Below are positions 16,613 through 36,002 of a stretch of 64,000 bases of DNA, in pieces. Source of the DNA: the human T2T-CHM13v2.0 reference genome, Homo sapiens; the NCBI RefSeq assembly GCF_009914755.1, contig NC_060931.1. One strand, 5' to 3'. The position numbers and the translations under genes are program-made. The number at the start of each line of letters is the position of its first letter. The stretch's first letter is position 1. Below the pieces are notes generated by a model. That model did not search any database, was not told where the DNA came from, and saw nothing but the letters and a program-made list of their open reading frames with translations.

Positions 16613-17236
16613 GTGGCTGGTAGCCACTGAACCAGAATACAAAGCCAAGAAGACAGTCCAAAAATCTGTCAAAAAGATGTTAACCAGTGTTCCAAGAGGA
16701 AGTGGGCCGTCACTGGACACTCTCCCTTTCAAAAAAAAACCCCTGAAAAAAAGGGTGGGGTTTTTAACACCAAGAGAAATAGAGTGGTATAAACGGAAAA
16801 GCCAATCACCTGTAAGTGGGTGAAATTTGACAGTGACGAAAGCTATTATATAAATACCCAAGGGAAGTCAGGATATGGGATAAATGGGGCATTTATATCT
16901 CTTTCATGAGATAATAGTAATGATAATAATATCAACAACCATAGGAGCAACAGAGCTAACACTTATTGAAACTTCTCAACAACTATGTTAAGCACTTTGC
17001 AAACATTACATAATTTGATCACAATATCCCCCCAAGGTATATGTTCTTAAGGAGGCCTGCAGAGGAATTTGGCCCCAGAACTCTCAACTGCTACATTATA
17101 GATTCCAATTTCCTAAAGAAATAACCTACCCTCATTAGGGAAATTTTCTGCTTTTAACATAATTTTTGTCTCCTCCCCTCCCCTCCCCCACTACCCCCCT
17201 CACTTCCTCTCCCCTCCCCTACACTTCCCTTCCCAT

Positions 17237-17756
<520 letters not shown>

Positions 17757-18526
17757 ACCTGGCCTCTATAATACTCTAGTCTTATTATGCAAAGATTTAT
17801 TATTTCAAAATTCTTTTCTTTCCCTCAACTATTTAAAAGTATAAGAACTGGCTGGACATGGTGACTCTCTCCTCCTCTCTCATATTTTCCCACTTCTTCC
17901 CCCACAAAGGGAAAACCCTATCAGATAACACTGCCTCCAGGTTTAAACAGGTACCAAGGAGATACAAGTGATCATCTTGGCAAGCTTAAAATTTATGTCA
18001 ACCAAATATAATGGGAAAACATAAATTAAGGACACATAAAAGCTAAACTATTTATAAATGACATTGAATGAATTGAAATCATGAAATGCTCAGGAAAATA
18101 AAATATAAGGTAATATTAAAATTTACATTTTCATTGATATAAAATTCATTTTAAAGTTTGTGTGTATGTGATTTAGTTCTATATTTATTGAAAATGAAGG
18201 ATGATTATGATATATTTAGAGAAAAAGACTGCAAAAGAATATGACCATATGATTCTATTTTTGTTTTAAACATGAGTGTGCATTTGTTCAAAGAATAAAA
18301 ATGTCTTAAAAGGTAACAACAAAAATATGTATAACATAGTAGTTATCTCTGAGCGACAGGATTATAAATAAAGATTTTTTTCTAACTTTTCCAGAGTAAA
18401 CATAAATTGTTTTTGTAAATTTTAATACTTAATGAAACAAATCATGGCCTGGCACTCAAGAAACATTTTACTCTGAGATAGGGAGCAGGATTTATTTATT
18501 CGGGGGCCAGAGAGGGGAGTGAGTAA

Positions 18527-18986
<460 letters not shown>

Positions 18987-19106
18987 TGAGACACAGTTTA
19001 CCTATCTAAAATGTGAAGGTGTAAATGTACTTAATCTAGAATTTCTTTCCCAGAACTAATATTCATTGACTTCACATTCCTAGTTCTGTGGTAACCAGTA
19101 ACATGG

Positions 19107-20211
19107 TGATATGGTTTGGCTGTGTCTCAGATGGAGATAAGGAACTTGTGAACCTCTGCCTAGATTTCAGAAGATATATGGAAATGCCTGGATGCCCAGG
19201 CAAAAGTTTTCTGCAAAGGCGGGGCCCTCATGGAGAACCTCTGCTAGGGCAGTGCAGAAGAGAAATGTGGGGTTGGAGCCCCCACACAGAGTCCCTACTG
19301 GGGAACTGCCTAGTGGAGCAATGAGAAGAGGACCATTGTCTTCCAGACCCCAGAATGGTAGATCTACCCAACAGCTTGCACTGTGCACCTGGAAAAGCCA
19401 CAGAAACTCAATGCCAGACCGTGAAAGCAGCCAGGAGGGAGGCTGTACCCTGCAAAGCCACAGGAGTGGAGCTGCCCAAGACCATGGGAACCTACCTTTT
19501 GCATCAGCATGACCTGGATGTGAGAGATGAAGTCAAAGGAGATCATTTTGGGGCTTTAAAATTTGACTGCCCTACTGGATTTCAGACTTGCGTGGGCCCT
19601 GTAACCACTTTGTTTTGGCCAATATCTCCCAGTTGGAATGGCTGTATTTACTCAATACCTGTACCTCCACTGCATCTAGGAAGTAACTAGTTTGCTTTTG
19701 ATTTTACAGGCTTACAAGCAGAAGGGACTTGCCTTATCTCAGATGAGACTTTGGACTGTGGACTTTTGGGTCAATGCTGAAACAAGCTAAGACTTTGGGG
19801 GACTGTTGGAAGGCATGATTGGTGTTGAAATGTGAGGACATGAGATTTGGAGGGGCCAGGGGCAGAATGACATGGTTTGGCTGTGTCCCCACCCAAATCT
19901 CAACTTGAATTGTACCTCCCAGAATTCCTGTGTGTTGTGGGAGGGACCCAAAAGGAGGTAGTTGAATCATAGAGGCCAGTCTTTCCCGTGCTATTCTCGT
20001 GATACTGAATAAGTCTCATGAGATCTAATGGGTTTATCAGAGGCTTCCGCTTTTGACTCTTCCTCATTTTCTCTTGCTGCTGCCATGTAAGAAGTGCCTT
20101 CCTCCTCCCGCCATGATTTTGAGGCCTCCCTAGCCATGTGGAACTGTAAGTCCACCTAAATTTCTTTTTCTTCCCAGTCTCAGGGAAGCAGTGTGAAAAT
20201 GGACTAATACA
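19107..20211 (+). mobile_element. THE1A provirus remnant: 20 bp of the 5' LTR, partial internal region, complete 3' LTR (19868-20211)
   Basis: Starts 'tgatatggtttggctgtgtc', ends 'ggactaataca'; 5-bp TSD CATGG at 19102-19106 and 20212-20216; THE1A-type 'ctcaacttgaattgtacctcccagaattcc'. Confidence 0.9.
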
Positions 20212-20339
20212 CATGGGTAGATCTTTTCTTTTCCTTCCCAGGTATTAATAAATTTATTAATTAGCTTATTCCTCCATCCATGCATTCATACATCTATCTC
20301 TTTGATCGAATAATATTTATTGGCAAGCTATTATGTGTC

Positions 20340-22700
<2,361 letters not shown>

Positions 22701-23744
22701 TAAGAAACTGTACACCATAACCTTGCCCTGACTTGAAGTCAAGATGGGTTTATTTTTAAATCATGAATCTATCAATCAAGGCACTGATTCCGTGTTGCTC
22801 TACTGTCTTGACTGGCTTCTAAGATTATATTTATTTCAATATAGTTTCTGTTCAACTTAGTTAGGTGTCTATTAGCTTCCCTAAAGATACTCTTTTGAAG
22901 TATAATCAACCTCTATCTCACAGTTGCCAACATTCTTATATTGCTTTCATTTTCTTTACCACCAAACTTCAAATTTCAGTTTCTTCATTAGCTAGCCTCA
23001 GTAAGGGTATGTACATGTACATTCTGAACAATTCCTTCAATCAATGAGATCTCTTTTCCTTTAAAATCAGACTTTATTTGAGAACTGTCTTTTTGCTAAA
23101 ATTGCTGTATTTTCCTCCCAGGCATGTTTCAAATTGTTCTTTATATTTCAGGAACCTCAGTCAGAATGCCTCCTTTAATGTTCAGATAACTTGCTAAATC
23201 AAAAGTAGTTTCCTCAAGTTGCTGTTGCATTAACTTAGCAGTACATTCCTTTCACATGAAAATTGGTGTATTCAAGCCTGTTACCCTCACATGACCACAG
23301 CTGAAATATTTCTCTGATGAATACAGTAAAATTACTATATCCCTCTGAAGTTTTGTAGAGTCCACTCTAGTCTTTAGAACCTGTTAGAATGTCCCTTCCT
23401 TTCTGCTAAAGAAAAGAAATTAAATGGGAGGTTAGGGTGGGGTTAGGAAGAGTGGTCTCTAGTCTCCAGTGATCTACTGCAGGGCTCTATACCTGACTCT
23501 GTTCTGTCTAATTCAATCAGCATTCCAGTATTCCATTAACACCTCCTATGTGCTGAGTTTTATGTTGAATAGAAAGGAAAAATAAGTCTCCAAGAAGGCA
23601 TTGGAGTTTGATGTGGACTCAAATTCTGATTCTACTGTTCACTAGCACGTGGCCCGAGTCAGCTGTTTGATCTCTCTGAGTCTTAATTTCCATATCTGAG
23701 TATAACGATTCCTATATAACATAGCTATTGTAAACACTTAGTAT

Positions 23745-23945
23745 GTTTTTTCATTATATTTTACATATTATATACACATACATTTTTATATATTTATATA
23801 TTATATAAACATTTGTATAAATGTACAGGTATATACACATGTATCTATTTATATATGTATGCATGTATATGTATATATACATATATATTTCATCTATAAT
23901 TTTATAAAAGCTGTATCATGTAGGACTCATATACGCATATATGAC
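23745..23945. repeat. Degenerate (TA)n/(TATG)n low-complexity tract
   Basis: Visible AT dinucleotide runs embedded in a MIR. Confidence 0.85.
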
Positions 23946-24158
23946 ATGTAATAGGTGGTCAAATAAGTGTTTGTTCCTTTTGGATAATGTTATGACCTAC
24001 TTGTAATTAGATAACATTTCTTTCCCTTTTTGCCTACCCAAACACACAAAATGGCTGTTAGACGGCCTATTGATTTTCTTAATGAATTAAAATTAACTGT
24101 GTTTTAAGGCATTCTATCTCAAACTGTGTGACATTTGTGAAATATATTGAGACAACGA

Positions 24159-24342
24159 GCAGGGTTCTTGATCTGAGGGCGGTCATAAACTATTAAGGGG
24201 TTCAGGGAGTTTTTGAATCTTCTGAAATTATATGCAAATAGGGCATGTTTGTGACTTATGCATTTTTGGAGTGAAGCAATTCATTGCTATCACCAGATTT
24301 TTAATGGGACTTAGAAACAGGAAAAAAAAGTCAAGAATCATG
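24159..24342. mobile_element. Charlie4z-like hAT MITE
   Basis: 'cagggttcttga...ctgaaattatatgcaaat...aaaaaaagtcaagaatcatg'. Confidence 0.6.
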
Positions 24343-27274
24343 AAGGTGTTATAAAATCACAGCTGGGACTCAAATGATTGTATGCTTTTGGAGGTCAGAA
24401 ACTGTCTATGTAATTTTCTTTTTACAATGCTTGGCACAGAGCCAGAAAGAGTTAAGTACTTAATTTTTATTTTTGAACGACTGTAATATTGACCACCTTT
24501 TCTCTACTAGGAGGGTCAGATATAAAAAGTAGAACTAAAAAATAAAAAGGAAGAGATTGGAAAGACGCGGGACAAATACCAAGAGCAGTAAAAGACTAGG
24601 AAGCAAAGAAAAAGAAGGAAAGAAAGAAAACAGGAAGAGGAGGGGGAGGAGGAAATAGAGTGGAACAGAAATAGAAATGCAAAGCGGAAGAGAAAGAGAA
24701 AGGAAAGAAAGTGGTGTGTTGGACTGCGCTGATTTGTTTCCTTCCTTCTTGTCCCCTTTCCCCAATAATCTCTTCAAGGCAAAAGGTTCCCCAGAGGCTC
24801 AATAGAAACAGGACTCTTACAGACTAAATGAAGGTGTATGAATTCTAATTTTCGCTTAATTTGATAGTAATGCCTTTGGAAAGTCACTATTTTTACACGT
24901 AGATTTTCTTTATCTGCAATCTTTAGATAATGTTAGCAAAGTTAAAAAAATTCTCTGTCTCCATGTAAGCTATATTCAAAAAATTCATTTTAATGTGATT
25001 CAATTCAAAGAGGGCATTTTCCTATAGAAACACTGTTACACAGAGTATCACTACAGTTCATAAAAACATACTTAACATGTAATGGAAGAAAAGGGAACTG
25101 GCCTTTCAGCTATCAGCTCCGAGCTTGGTAAACTGGAGCACAGCATCTCTTTTCATTTCCTTTCTCACATCCTAGGGAGCTTTGCACCAATCCATGTTCA
25201 TAAATTGAGGGATATGTCTGCACTTCAAAGATCAATGGCAGCAACACTGTGAACGGCTGTTCATACATAAGTAAAACTAGTTAAATTTCCTGATTCTTAC
25301 TCTTTCCCTCAGCTCTTTCCTGCCCCACATGTGTGTCCTTCTTGTCCCTAGTACCTTTCCACATTTTATATTGGGTACACGTTCCAATAGCCTCATGGAA
25401 CTAGAGATCTGTTTCTTCTCAACTCTGGAAAATTCTTTCTATTCCATTTCTGCATATGACCTTTACCTTCCATCTAGATCTTTTTGGTCTTCAACTGTAT
25501 AGAGTGTTATTTCTCTCTTGAACCTCCACCTTCTACCTCCAACCCCTAATCCCTGCCATTTGACTAATCAGGTATATCCTTGACAAAAGTCTGATGTACA
25601 AGGGGACAGATAATGTTACCTTGATTGACAGTGTTCTAATACATATATTAAGCAGTTGATGTAGAACAGGCGGGAAGACAAAATGTTACCCTGTTTCTCA
25701 TGAGAAAGGAGGCTACACTGCTCTTCTTAGGAAGTAGGAAGATAGATGCAGAGACAGATATTTAGAAGGGGAGGAAAATAAAAATTGTCTATGTGTCTGC
25801 TAACCTAAATCCATTCAGTAAAAGAGAAGTCAAGTTCAGTTCAAGACAGAAGTAAGGTTGGTTCCAAAGGATGGACACATACATGCAACTCATTCCTGGG
25901 TACACAAAAGATGAAATAGAGGGCGTGTGTCGAAGTACATGTCCAAAGGTATGAAGTAGCTGCAGGAATTTTATCAGAGAAACCAGTCCCCAGGACTAAT
26001 GTTAACAGATGACAGAGGGAAAGCTGTCTGAATTATTTGCCAGTAGACTACTGGTCAAGAGGACTTGGAACTATAGCTGAAAAAAACCTTAGAACTATAC
26101 ACACAAACACAGTACTAATCAGCAGAAGTAATGAGTATTGAGAGAAAACAATGAGCCATAATTTACAATCAACTTAAATAGAATTTATGCAACTGAAATC
26201 TAAGACAGAATAATAGGCAGTAACTTCCAGTTTATAATAATGACTACTTGTGTAGTCATTACTACACAAAATTACTGACTACTTGTGTACTGACATGTAT
26301 TTTGCACAATGATATGACAGACTAAGACAAACTGAATAGTTTGCAAGTAAACTACTTGTCAAGAGGACTTGGAACCATAGCTCTATTGACATGTAACCAT
26401 CCTTACCAAAGACAGACTCAAATTCTCAGAAACGTTTGCTTCTATTTTGGGGAGATCATCCAAATCTATAAACTTGTGAGGCTTTAACAGTGGGAAAAAA
26501 AACCTTACAACTCACTTAGTCTAACTTCTTTACTTTAAAGGTAATTGCCCCTTGGATGAAAATCACTAACATTTTAGTATAAACATATTTACAGTGAATA
26601 ACTTTACATTTGCTAGCCAAAATTTGTTGCCAAGGGACTAAAAAATGTGGCAATAAATGAAGTACTTGTTAAAAAGATACTTAGTTTTAAAATTTTTGTC
26701 AGTCCACTTTTTATTATAAGAGTTGCTGATAAAAATAACTACCATTTATTGAATACTTACTACATGTTAGACCCTTTGCAAACATCCTCCCCTTTAACCA
26801 GCACAACCACTAGAAAAGACAGGCATCATCATCTTCCTTTTACAAAGTTGAGGACCATGAGGCTCAGAAAATAGTAGATAGTAGTTAGTAAATAGTAGAG
26901 CCAGGATTAAAATACATGTTTTCTAATACTTCATACTCTATCAGATTGTGTCACAATGGTATTAAAAAAATTAGAAATATAGGAAAACATGAATACTTTC
27001 CATATTTTCTATGGTAGGTGCTATTTCAAGTATCCTTAAAATATGTGTGCAAGTGCAGAAGATTCTATTGAAGTTTACCTTAAGGCAAAGACAGTCATAA
27101 AGAGGTCAGAAAGAGGGCTGACTTACTGAAAGTACTTCAAAATTCTACTCTCTCATTAAATGTGAACAGTTCAAAAACTTTAGCAATTGTCATTGATCAG
27201 CATGGTGAAATGATTATGGCCTCATTTGTGAACAGGCCTGATAGGTTGCACTGGATTTATCTTTCTTCATTTCT

Positions 27275-29530
<2,256 letters not shown>

Positions 29531-29679
29531 TAATGTTAACGGGTCTATGATGTATGAAGAGCTAACTCTAAGTAAGCAGAAGTAAGTCAAATTCTATAAC
29601 CTATTGATCTGAGATACCTAAAAAGGAGCTTGGATTTCAGGAGGATTGGGATACAGCTCTCCTCTTGCTTTACATTTTG

Positions 29680-30110
29680 CCATAGGCTGGGTTTTCCAGA
29701 AAACAGACTCTGAAATGGAGATCAGCATGTAGAAAGTTTATTAGGGAAGACTTTTAAGATCAGCACCTGTGCATGGAAAGAGACAGAAGCAGGATTGGAC
29801 AGTGGGAAAAGTTGAGCTGTGATATAGTCTTAAAGTCCTCAGTCAACCCGACGAGGAACTCTGAAGGTGGAATGGCCCTAAAGAGTATCACAGGTCAGGG
29901 AAGGAAAGCTCTATTTTTAATACCCCTATGTTGATCAGTCATTGGATGTGGGTGCCTGAGGGGGCATGGCTTTAAGTTGTTTGCACCTGAGGCAGTTCCC
30001 TGAGAGGGCTGTAAGCTGAAGGTCATCTGCTGGCAGCACTCCCAATAGTTGTGGAAATAAATCTTTCTGTCCTGAAGGAGGAACAGGGCAAACCATTACA
30101 GTGTTCACCT
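29680..30110 (-). mobile_element. Old ERVL LTR (LTR33-family-like)
   Basis: 'ccagaaaacagactctgaaatggagat...aagtttattaggg...gaagcaggattggacag...gatcagtcattggatgtggg'. Confidence 0.6.
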
Positions 30111-30922
30111 TGGGTTTGCTGCCTTTGATTGCATGTAAATATTATTTTGTATTATTTAAGATGTGTAGGGTGAGTAAAATGCCCTAGAAACCCTAGGAAA
30201 GATTAACCTTGCCTGTCAACTTTATTCATTTATGTGTTTCTTTTAGATTTGAAAGCCTCAGAGAAGGACCAAACAGTGCCTGAGAAGTTTGAATTTAGAA
30301 TAAAAGGTTGGTCTGGCATTTTTATGTGAACAGAACTAGAAACCACAGTAGCCAGGAAGAGAAGATGGCCAGATAACTGAAAGACAGAAGGCAGGTTAGG
30401 AAGGAGCTCAGGCCAGGTTGTGCCCACCCATCTGTGTTAGAAGATGGTGATCCTTGTGCAAGCAGATATGGAACTAAATAAAGCCCCTTTACTCACTGTG
30501 GTGGGATTATGTGGAATAAAGCACGCATCTAGGAGCCTTGACTATTTTTCCATTGCTTCCTTTTACATAATTATACCCATTTAATTTATCCTTTAATTTT
30601 TGTGAATGCATCACTCTATTTCAGTTACGCTAAGGGAATAAGAAAAAAATTGTGTCCATATTTGGATTAAAGAGAAAAGACAAACATCATATCCATGGGG
30701 TGCAGATGAGACAGGTGTAGGAGAAATCAAAGTGAGAAAGATTAAGAGGACGTTTCAGTGTAGGAAGCTCTAGATGCAAGAATTCAAAGCTTTCAAGACA
30801 GGAAGAAAGAGTCCAGAAAGGCATGTACTGCTATATCTTTTCTCATTTCCTTCTCCGATATGTTCCCTTTCAGGAGAAAAAAAAATGAATAGTTGTAAGC
30901 ACCAATTTATGATCACATGGTA

Positions 30923-31270
30923 CCAGTTGAGCATCTGTAATCCAAAAACCCAAAATCTGAAATGGTCTAAAATCCAAAGCTTTTTGAGCATCAACATGAT
31001 GCTACGAGTGGAAAATTCCACACCTAATGTTATGTGATGAGTCACAGTCAAAATAGAAAAACTCATTTCATGCACAAAATTTTTGAAAATATTGTATAAA
31101 ATTACCATCAGGTTATGTGTATAAGGTGCATATGAAACATACATTTCATGTTTAGACTTGGGTCCCATCCCAGAGATATTTCATTATGTATATGCAAATA
31201 TTCCAAAAGTTCAAAAACTCTGAAGTCCAAAATACTTCTGGTCCCAGGCACTTGAGATAAGGGACACCTG
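30923..31270. mobile_element. Tigger4/MER46-type DNA transposon
   Basis: 'cagttgagcatc...aatccaaaaacccaaaatctgaaatg' to 'ataagggacacctg', TA-flanked. Confidence 0.85.
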
Positions 31271-31469
31271 TACCAGGCGTGTTCACGTTCTCTCATTTAC
31301 TGATAACAACCATGTGAAAAAAACGTATATTACTGCCATTTTATCATGAGAAAAACCAAGACTCAGGGAGAATAATTAGGTTTCCTAAGCCCACACAATA
31401 AGTGATGGAACTGGGAAGAGAGTGTAGCACAGGTTTAGGGTGAGAAACAATTGGATTAAATGTCCTTCA

Positions 31470-31870
31470 GTATTTGAATGAATACAAAAATTGTGGTATA
31501 TTCTTATAATAGAATATTACTGAACAATAAAAAGTAATAAACTATTGATAAACATAACAATATGGTTTAATTTCAAAGTAACAATGCCAGTGAATAAAAC
31601 CAGATATGAAAAAGCACATAATGTATGATATCATTTTTATAACTCTAGAAAATGCAAACTAATCTCTATTGACAGAAAGCAGATCAGTGGTTGCTTGGAG
31701 ATGGGGCAGGGTGGGAAGTGGCAGGAGGAAACTTTTGGAGGTGATAGATACATTCATTATCTTGACTGCGGTGATAGTTTCATGGGTGTATACATATGTC
31801 ACAACATCAAATTATGCACTTTATGTATACTTATTGAATGTCAATTATACCTCAATAAAGCAGTTAAAAA
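31470..31870 (+). mobile_element. Old L1M (MC/MD/ME) 3' end
   Basis: 'gacagaaagcagatcagtggttgcttgg...tcaattatacctcaataaagc'. Confidence 0.8.
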
Positions 31871-34800
31871 CAACCGGGTTGAAATCCGTGTTATACTATT
31901 TACAAATTGCTTAATCTCTAAGACTACATTTTTTAAAAATCAGTTAAATGGAGTTGCTAATGCCTACCACAGAGGGTTGGTGTAAACATTAAATCAGTAA
32001 GGCAAGTGCTTAGCACACTGTGTAATACAATAGTAAGCATGCCGCAGTAGTTATACAAGGAGTCCTAGACTGAGTTCTTCCTTCTTAGAGCTTTCTCCAC
32101 TTTAACTAATCATGTTAGTCCTTTTTATTTACAGCTGGAATTCAAACACATCAATCTTACTTCAAAGACCAAGATCTTTCCACTAAACTGTGCTAAGCCA
32201 TGACAAATTTTATGATTTGAATTGAGGAGGGCATGCCCTGATTGGACACCAGGCTCAGAGTATTCCACATAAATGCTCCTCTGTATTACCCCAGGGTCTG
32301 GAAAAGTCACTCTGGGCCAGGGAGGAAGACCAGTGGTTCAGCTGCATATTCTTTACCTATACTCCTTCAGATTCTATCTCTGCTCCTTTTTCAGATCCCT
32401 ACTGGCTAAACAGCAATGAAATTGCTTATGCAGTGTACAGATAAATTGAGAGCAACAGGTCCTGTTTCTCAGGAGTTTGCCCCGAATGGCAATCCAAACT
32501 AGACATAATATTGGGAGAACAGCATTCATTGAGATTAACTGACTTACTCTTTATGAAACATTTGCTTTCCTGGATAAAATAGTGTATTAAGAATGTTATA
32601 CATTATGTATTAAAAATGTTATACTGCACATTACACATCACATATTTAAACTACATGTAAATTTATAAAATATATAAACAATGATAAATCTCCCATGTTT
32701 ATTTTCTAAAGAATACTGTTAAGAGTAATACATCTTTAATATGTCCAATCAAGATGCCATTTCATGGAATTATGTAAGTTTTTTTTGTTGTTCATTTTTT
32801 TTTTCTCCAAGTGATAATCATTGAGAGGGTCTTTTCAAGCAGAATCTGTGGTATGCTGACATCTTATAAGATTGTCCTTGGACATTCCAATTCACCAAAA
32901 TTTGGACCCCCTGATACTACAGCTCTTTTCTTGGCCTACTACCCCCAGGCCTCTTCTCACAGCGCCCAGTCCCTTATTCTCCTGAGACTGTTGTTTCTCC
33001 TCTTTTCTCACCCTCTCTTTTCCTACTCCTATGAAGCAGCAAAAACATTCTCCTAGACTCAGAATGAGCAGCTTAGTCCTTGTCTCTGAAGGCTTGGTTA
33101 GCTTCGGCCTTATGGAATCCTAAGAATCTTACCTTCTACTCCATTTTTTTCAAGGTTTTAAATTTTCTTTCAAAGAAAGACACTGTTCTTTCTTAGAGAA
33201 ATTCTGATGCCATCTATAAAGAAGCATGTTCTCCACATTTCACAGGGGAATGAACAAATTCATGAATAGGTAAGTAGAGATGGTGAATGCAGACTGCTGT
33301 TTCAAAAAACCTAGTGATAATGCAAAGGAAAGAAGTGTGCAGCAGTTGTAGAGGGTGGTAAGGTAATGGGATATAGAAGTCAGGGGCATGACAGAAATTG
33401 GAAATTTAGAAAAGATGCAGGTTAGTTGCTGAGGCAAGTGCTGAAGAGGAGGGAGGGGCTGGTCTCCAAAGCAGAGTACGGCTGGAAGGCCAGCCTAGAG
33501 CAGGAGGAGACAACACTTCAGAAGCTGCTACTGAGGGAAGTTTGCAGGTAGAAGAGAAGGAGTTGAGGTATATTATCTTAAAAAATACCACCTGGTGAGA
33601 ATAAAAGTGAAGGAAATAAAGGAGTGTGAATATTGATTCAAGTAACTTTCATGGGAAATGGGAAAGAGAACTAATTGGAAAAGTAAAAGGAAAGCCGTCA
33701 GGCCCCAGCTGAGACAACAAACCTAATAGGTATAGCAGAGAGATTACTTCCAGCAATCTTCTCCTATTTTTCCTGTTAATGATAACTCTTAACAGTTACC
33801 ATTTTCGTGGTTACAAAATATTTCATCAACTAGGTGTATGATAATCTATCAAGATTACTCAGTTCCTTTTCAAATGAACTAAAATGTGGTATTTTTAAAA
33901 AGACAACTAAGCATACTTTAATTACCTGTAAGAATATTGTCTACCTACAAATAATTAAAGTCTCTAAAAAAGGAAGCAATACATTTGCCTTTTCTGCCAA
34001 CATTATTCCTGTCTTCAGCAAAACACCGTAATTTAAAAATATACACCGAATCATTTCTTTTTTTATTATGATAACATATACACAACACAAAGTATGACAT
34101 TTTAACCATTTTAAGGGTACAGTTCAGTGGCATTAATTGCATACATGCTATTGTGCAAACACCACCACTATCTGTTAATGAAGCTTTTCCAGCACCCAAA
34201 ACAAATTCAATAACCATTAAGCAATAACACTCCCTTATCCCCTCCACCTTTAACCTATTTTCTGTCTCTATAAATTTGCCTCTTCTAGATATTTCATATA
34301 AGTGGAATTATACAATACTTTGTCATTTCTCTGGCTTATTTCACTTAGTATAATGTTTTCAAGGCTCATCCATGTAGTAGCATATATCAAAACTTGATTT
34401 TTTTCATGGCTGAATAATATCCCACTGTATGTGTATAAAATATTTTGTTTATCCATTTCTTGGTTGATGAACACTTGGGTTGTTTCCACCTTTTGGCTAT
34501 TATGAAGAAGGTCACAACAAACGTTCATGTACAAATATCTCTTGAGTCTCTGTTTTCAGTTATTTGGGGTGTATATCTCAGAGCCAAACTGCTGGGTTGT
34601 ATGGTCATTCTATGGTTAGCCTTTTGAAAAACTGCCATGCTGGTTTCCACAGTGGTTGCACCATTTTACATTCCCACCAGTAATGTGCAAATGTTCCAAT
34701 TTCTCCACATCCTTGTCAACACTTGTTATTTTCTGTTTGGATATTTTGTTTTTTTTTTTCTTAATCTTACAGCTATCCTAGTAAGTGTGAAATGGTACAT

Positions 34801-35706
34801 CATTGTTGTTTTGATTTGCATTACCCTAATAACTAAGGATGTTGAACATCTTTTCATGTGCTTATTAGCCATTTGTACATTTTTTTGAGAAGTGTCTATG
34901 CAAGTCTTTTGTCCATTTTTAAATCGTGTTGTTTGTCTTTTAAGTATGTTGTTGGATTCAGTTTGCTAGTGCTTTGTTGAAGATTTTTGCTTCAATATTC
35001 AGAAGGGATATTGGTGTGCACTTTTTTGTGATGTCTTTATCTGACTTTGGTATCAGGGTAATGCTGACCTCACAGAAAAAGTTAGAAAGTGTTCTTTCCT
35101 CTTCTATTTTCTGAAAGAGTTTGAGAAGAATTGGTGTTAATTCTTCTTGAAATATTTGGCAAAGTTCACCAGTGAAGCTATCTGGTCCTGGACTTTTCTT
35201 TGTTGGGAGGTTTTTGATCACTGGTTCAATCTCTGGCCTTGTTGTAGGTCTAGTGAAATTTTCTATTTCATCTTGAGTAAGTTTAGTTAATTTGTGTGTT
35301 TATCCATTTCATCTAGATTATCCAGAGCTGGCAGTAATGCCCCTATTCTCATTTTAAATTTTAATCATTTGTGTCTTTCTTTTTTCTTTTGTCAGTTTAG
35401 CTAAAGGTTTGTCAATTTGATTACTTTTTTTACAGAGCCAAATTTTGGTTTTACTGATTCTCTCTATTGTTTATTCTGTTTTATTGATCTCTGCTCTAAT
35501 CTTTCTTTCCTTCCATTGTCTAGTTTTGGGTTTGGTTTGCTCTTCCTTTTCTAGTTTCTCAAGGGATAAAGTTAGGCCATTGGTTATCTTTTGTCTTTTT
35601 TAATGTAGGAATTTATAGTTATAAGTTTGCCTCTGAGCACTGTTTTTGCTGCATCTGATGTTTTAATATATGTGTTTTAGTTTTCATTATTAAACATCTT
35701 ATGTTA

Positions 35707-36002
35707 GGCTGGGCATAGTGGCTCATGCCTGTAATCCCAGCACTTTGGGAGGCCGAGGCGGGCAGATCACCTGAGGTCAGGAGTTTGAGACCAGCCTGGC
35801 CAACATGGTGAAACCCCATCTCTACTAAAAATATGAAAATTAGCCAGGCATGGTGGCAGGCATCTGTGATCCCACTTACTCAGGAAGCTGAGGAAGAGAA
35901 TCACTTGAACCCAGGAGGCAGAGGTTGCAGTGAGCCAAGATCATGCCACTGCACTCCAGCCTGGGTGACAGAGCAGGAGTCCGTCTCCAAACAAACAAAC
36001 AA
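35707..36002 (+). mobile_element. AluS (Sx-like)
   Basis: Full dimer; TSD aaacatcttatgtt at 35692-35705 and 36003-36016. Confidence 0.95.

Noticed and set aside
16361-16861. ORFs of 100-166 aa
   Set aside because: They run through a dinucleotide microsatellite (YIYIH repeats).
32584-32625. 23-bp-period two-copy duplication (tgtattaa(g/a)aatgttatac)
   Set aside because: Ordinary short AT-rich slippage duplication.
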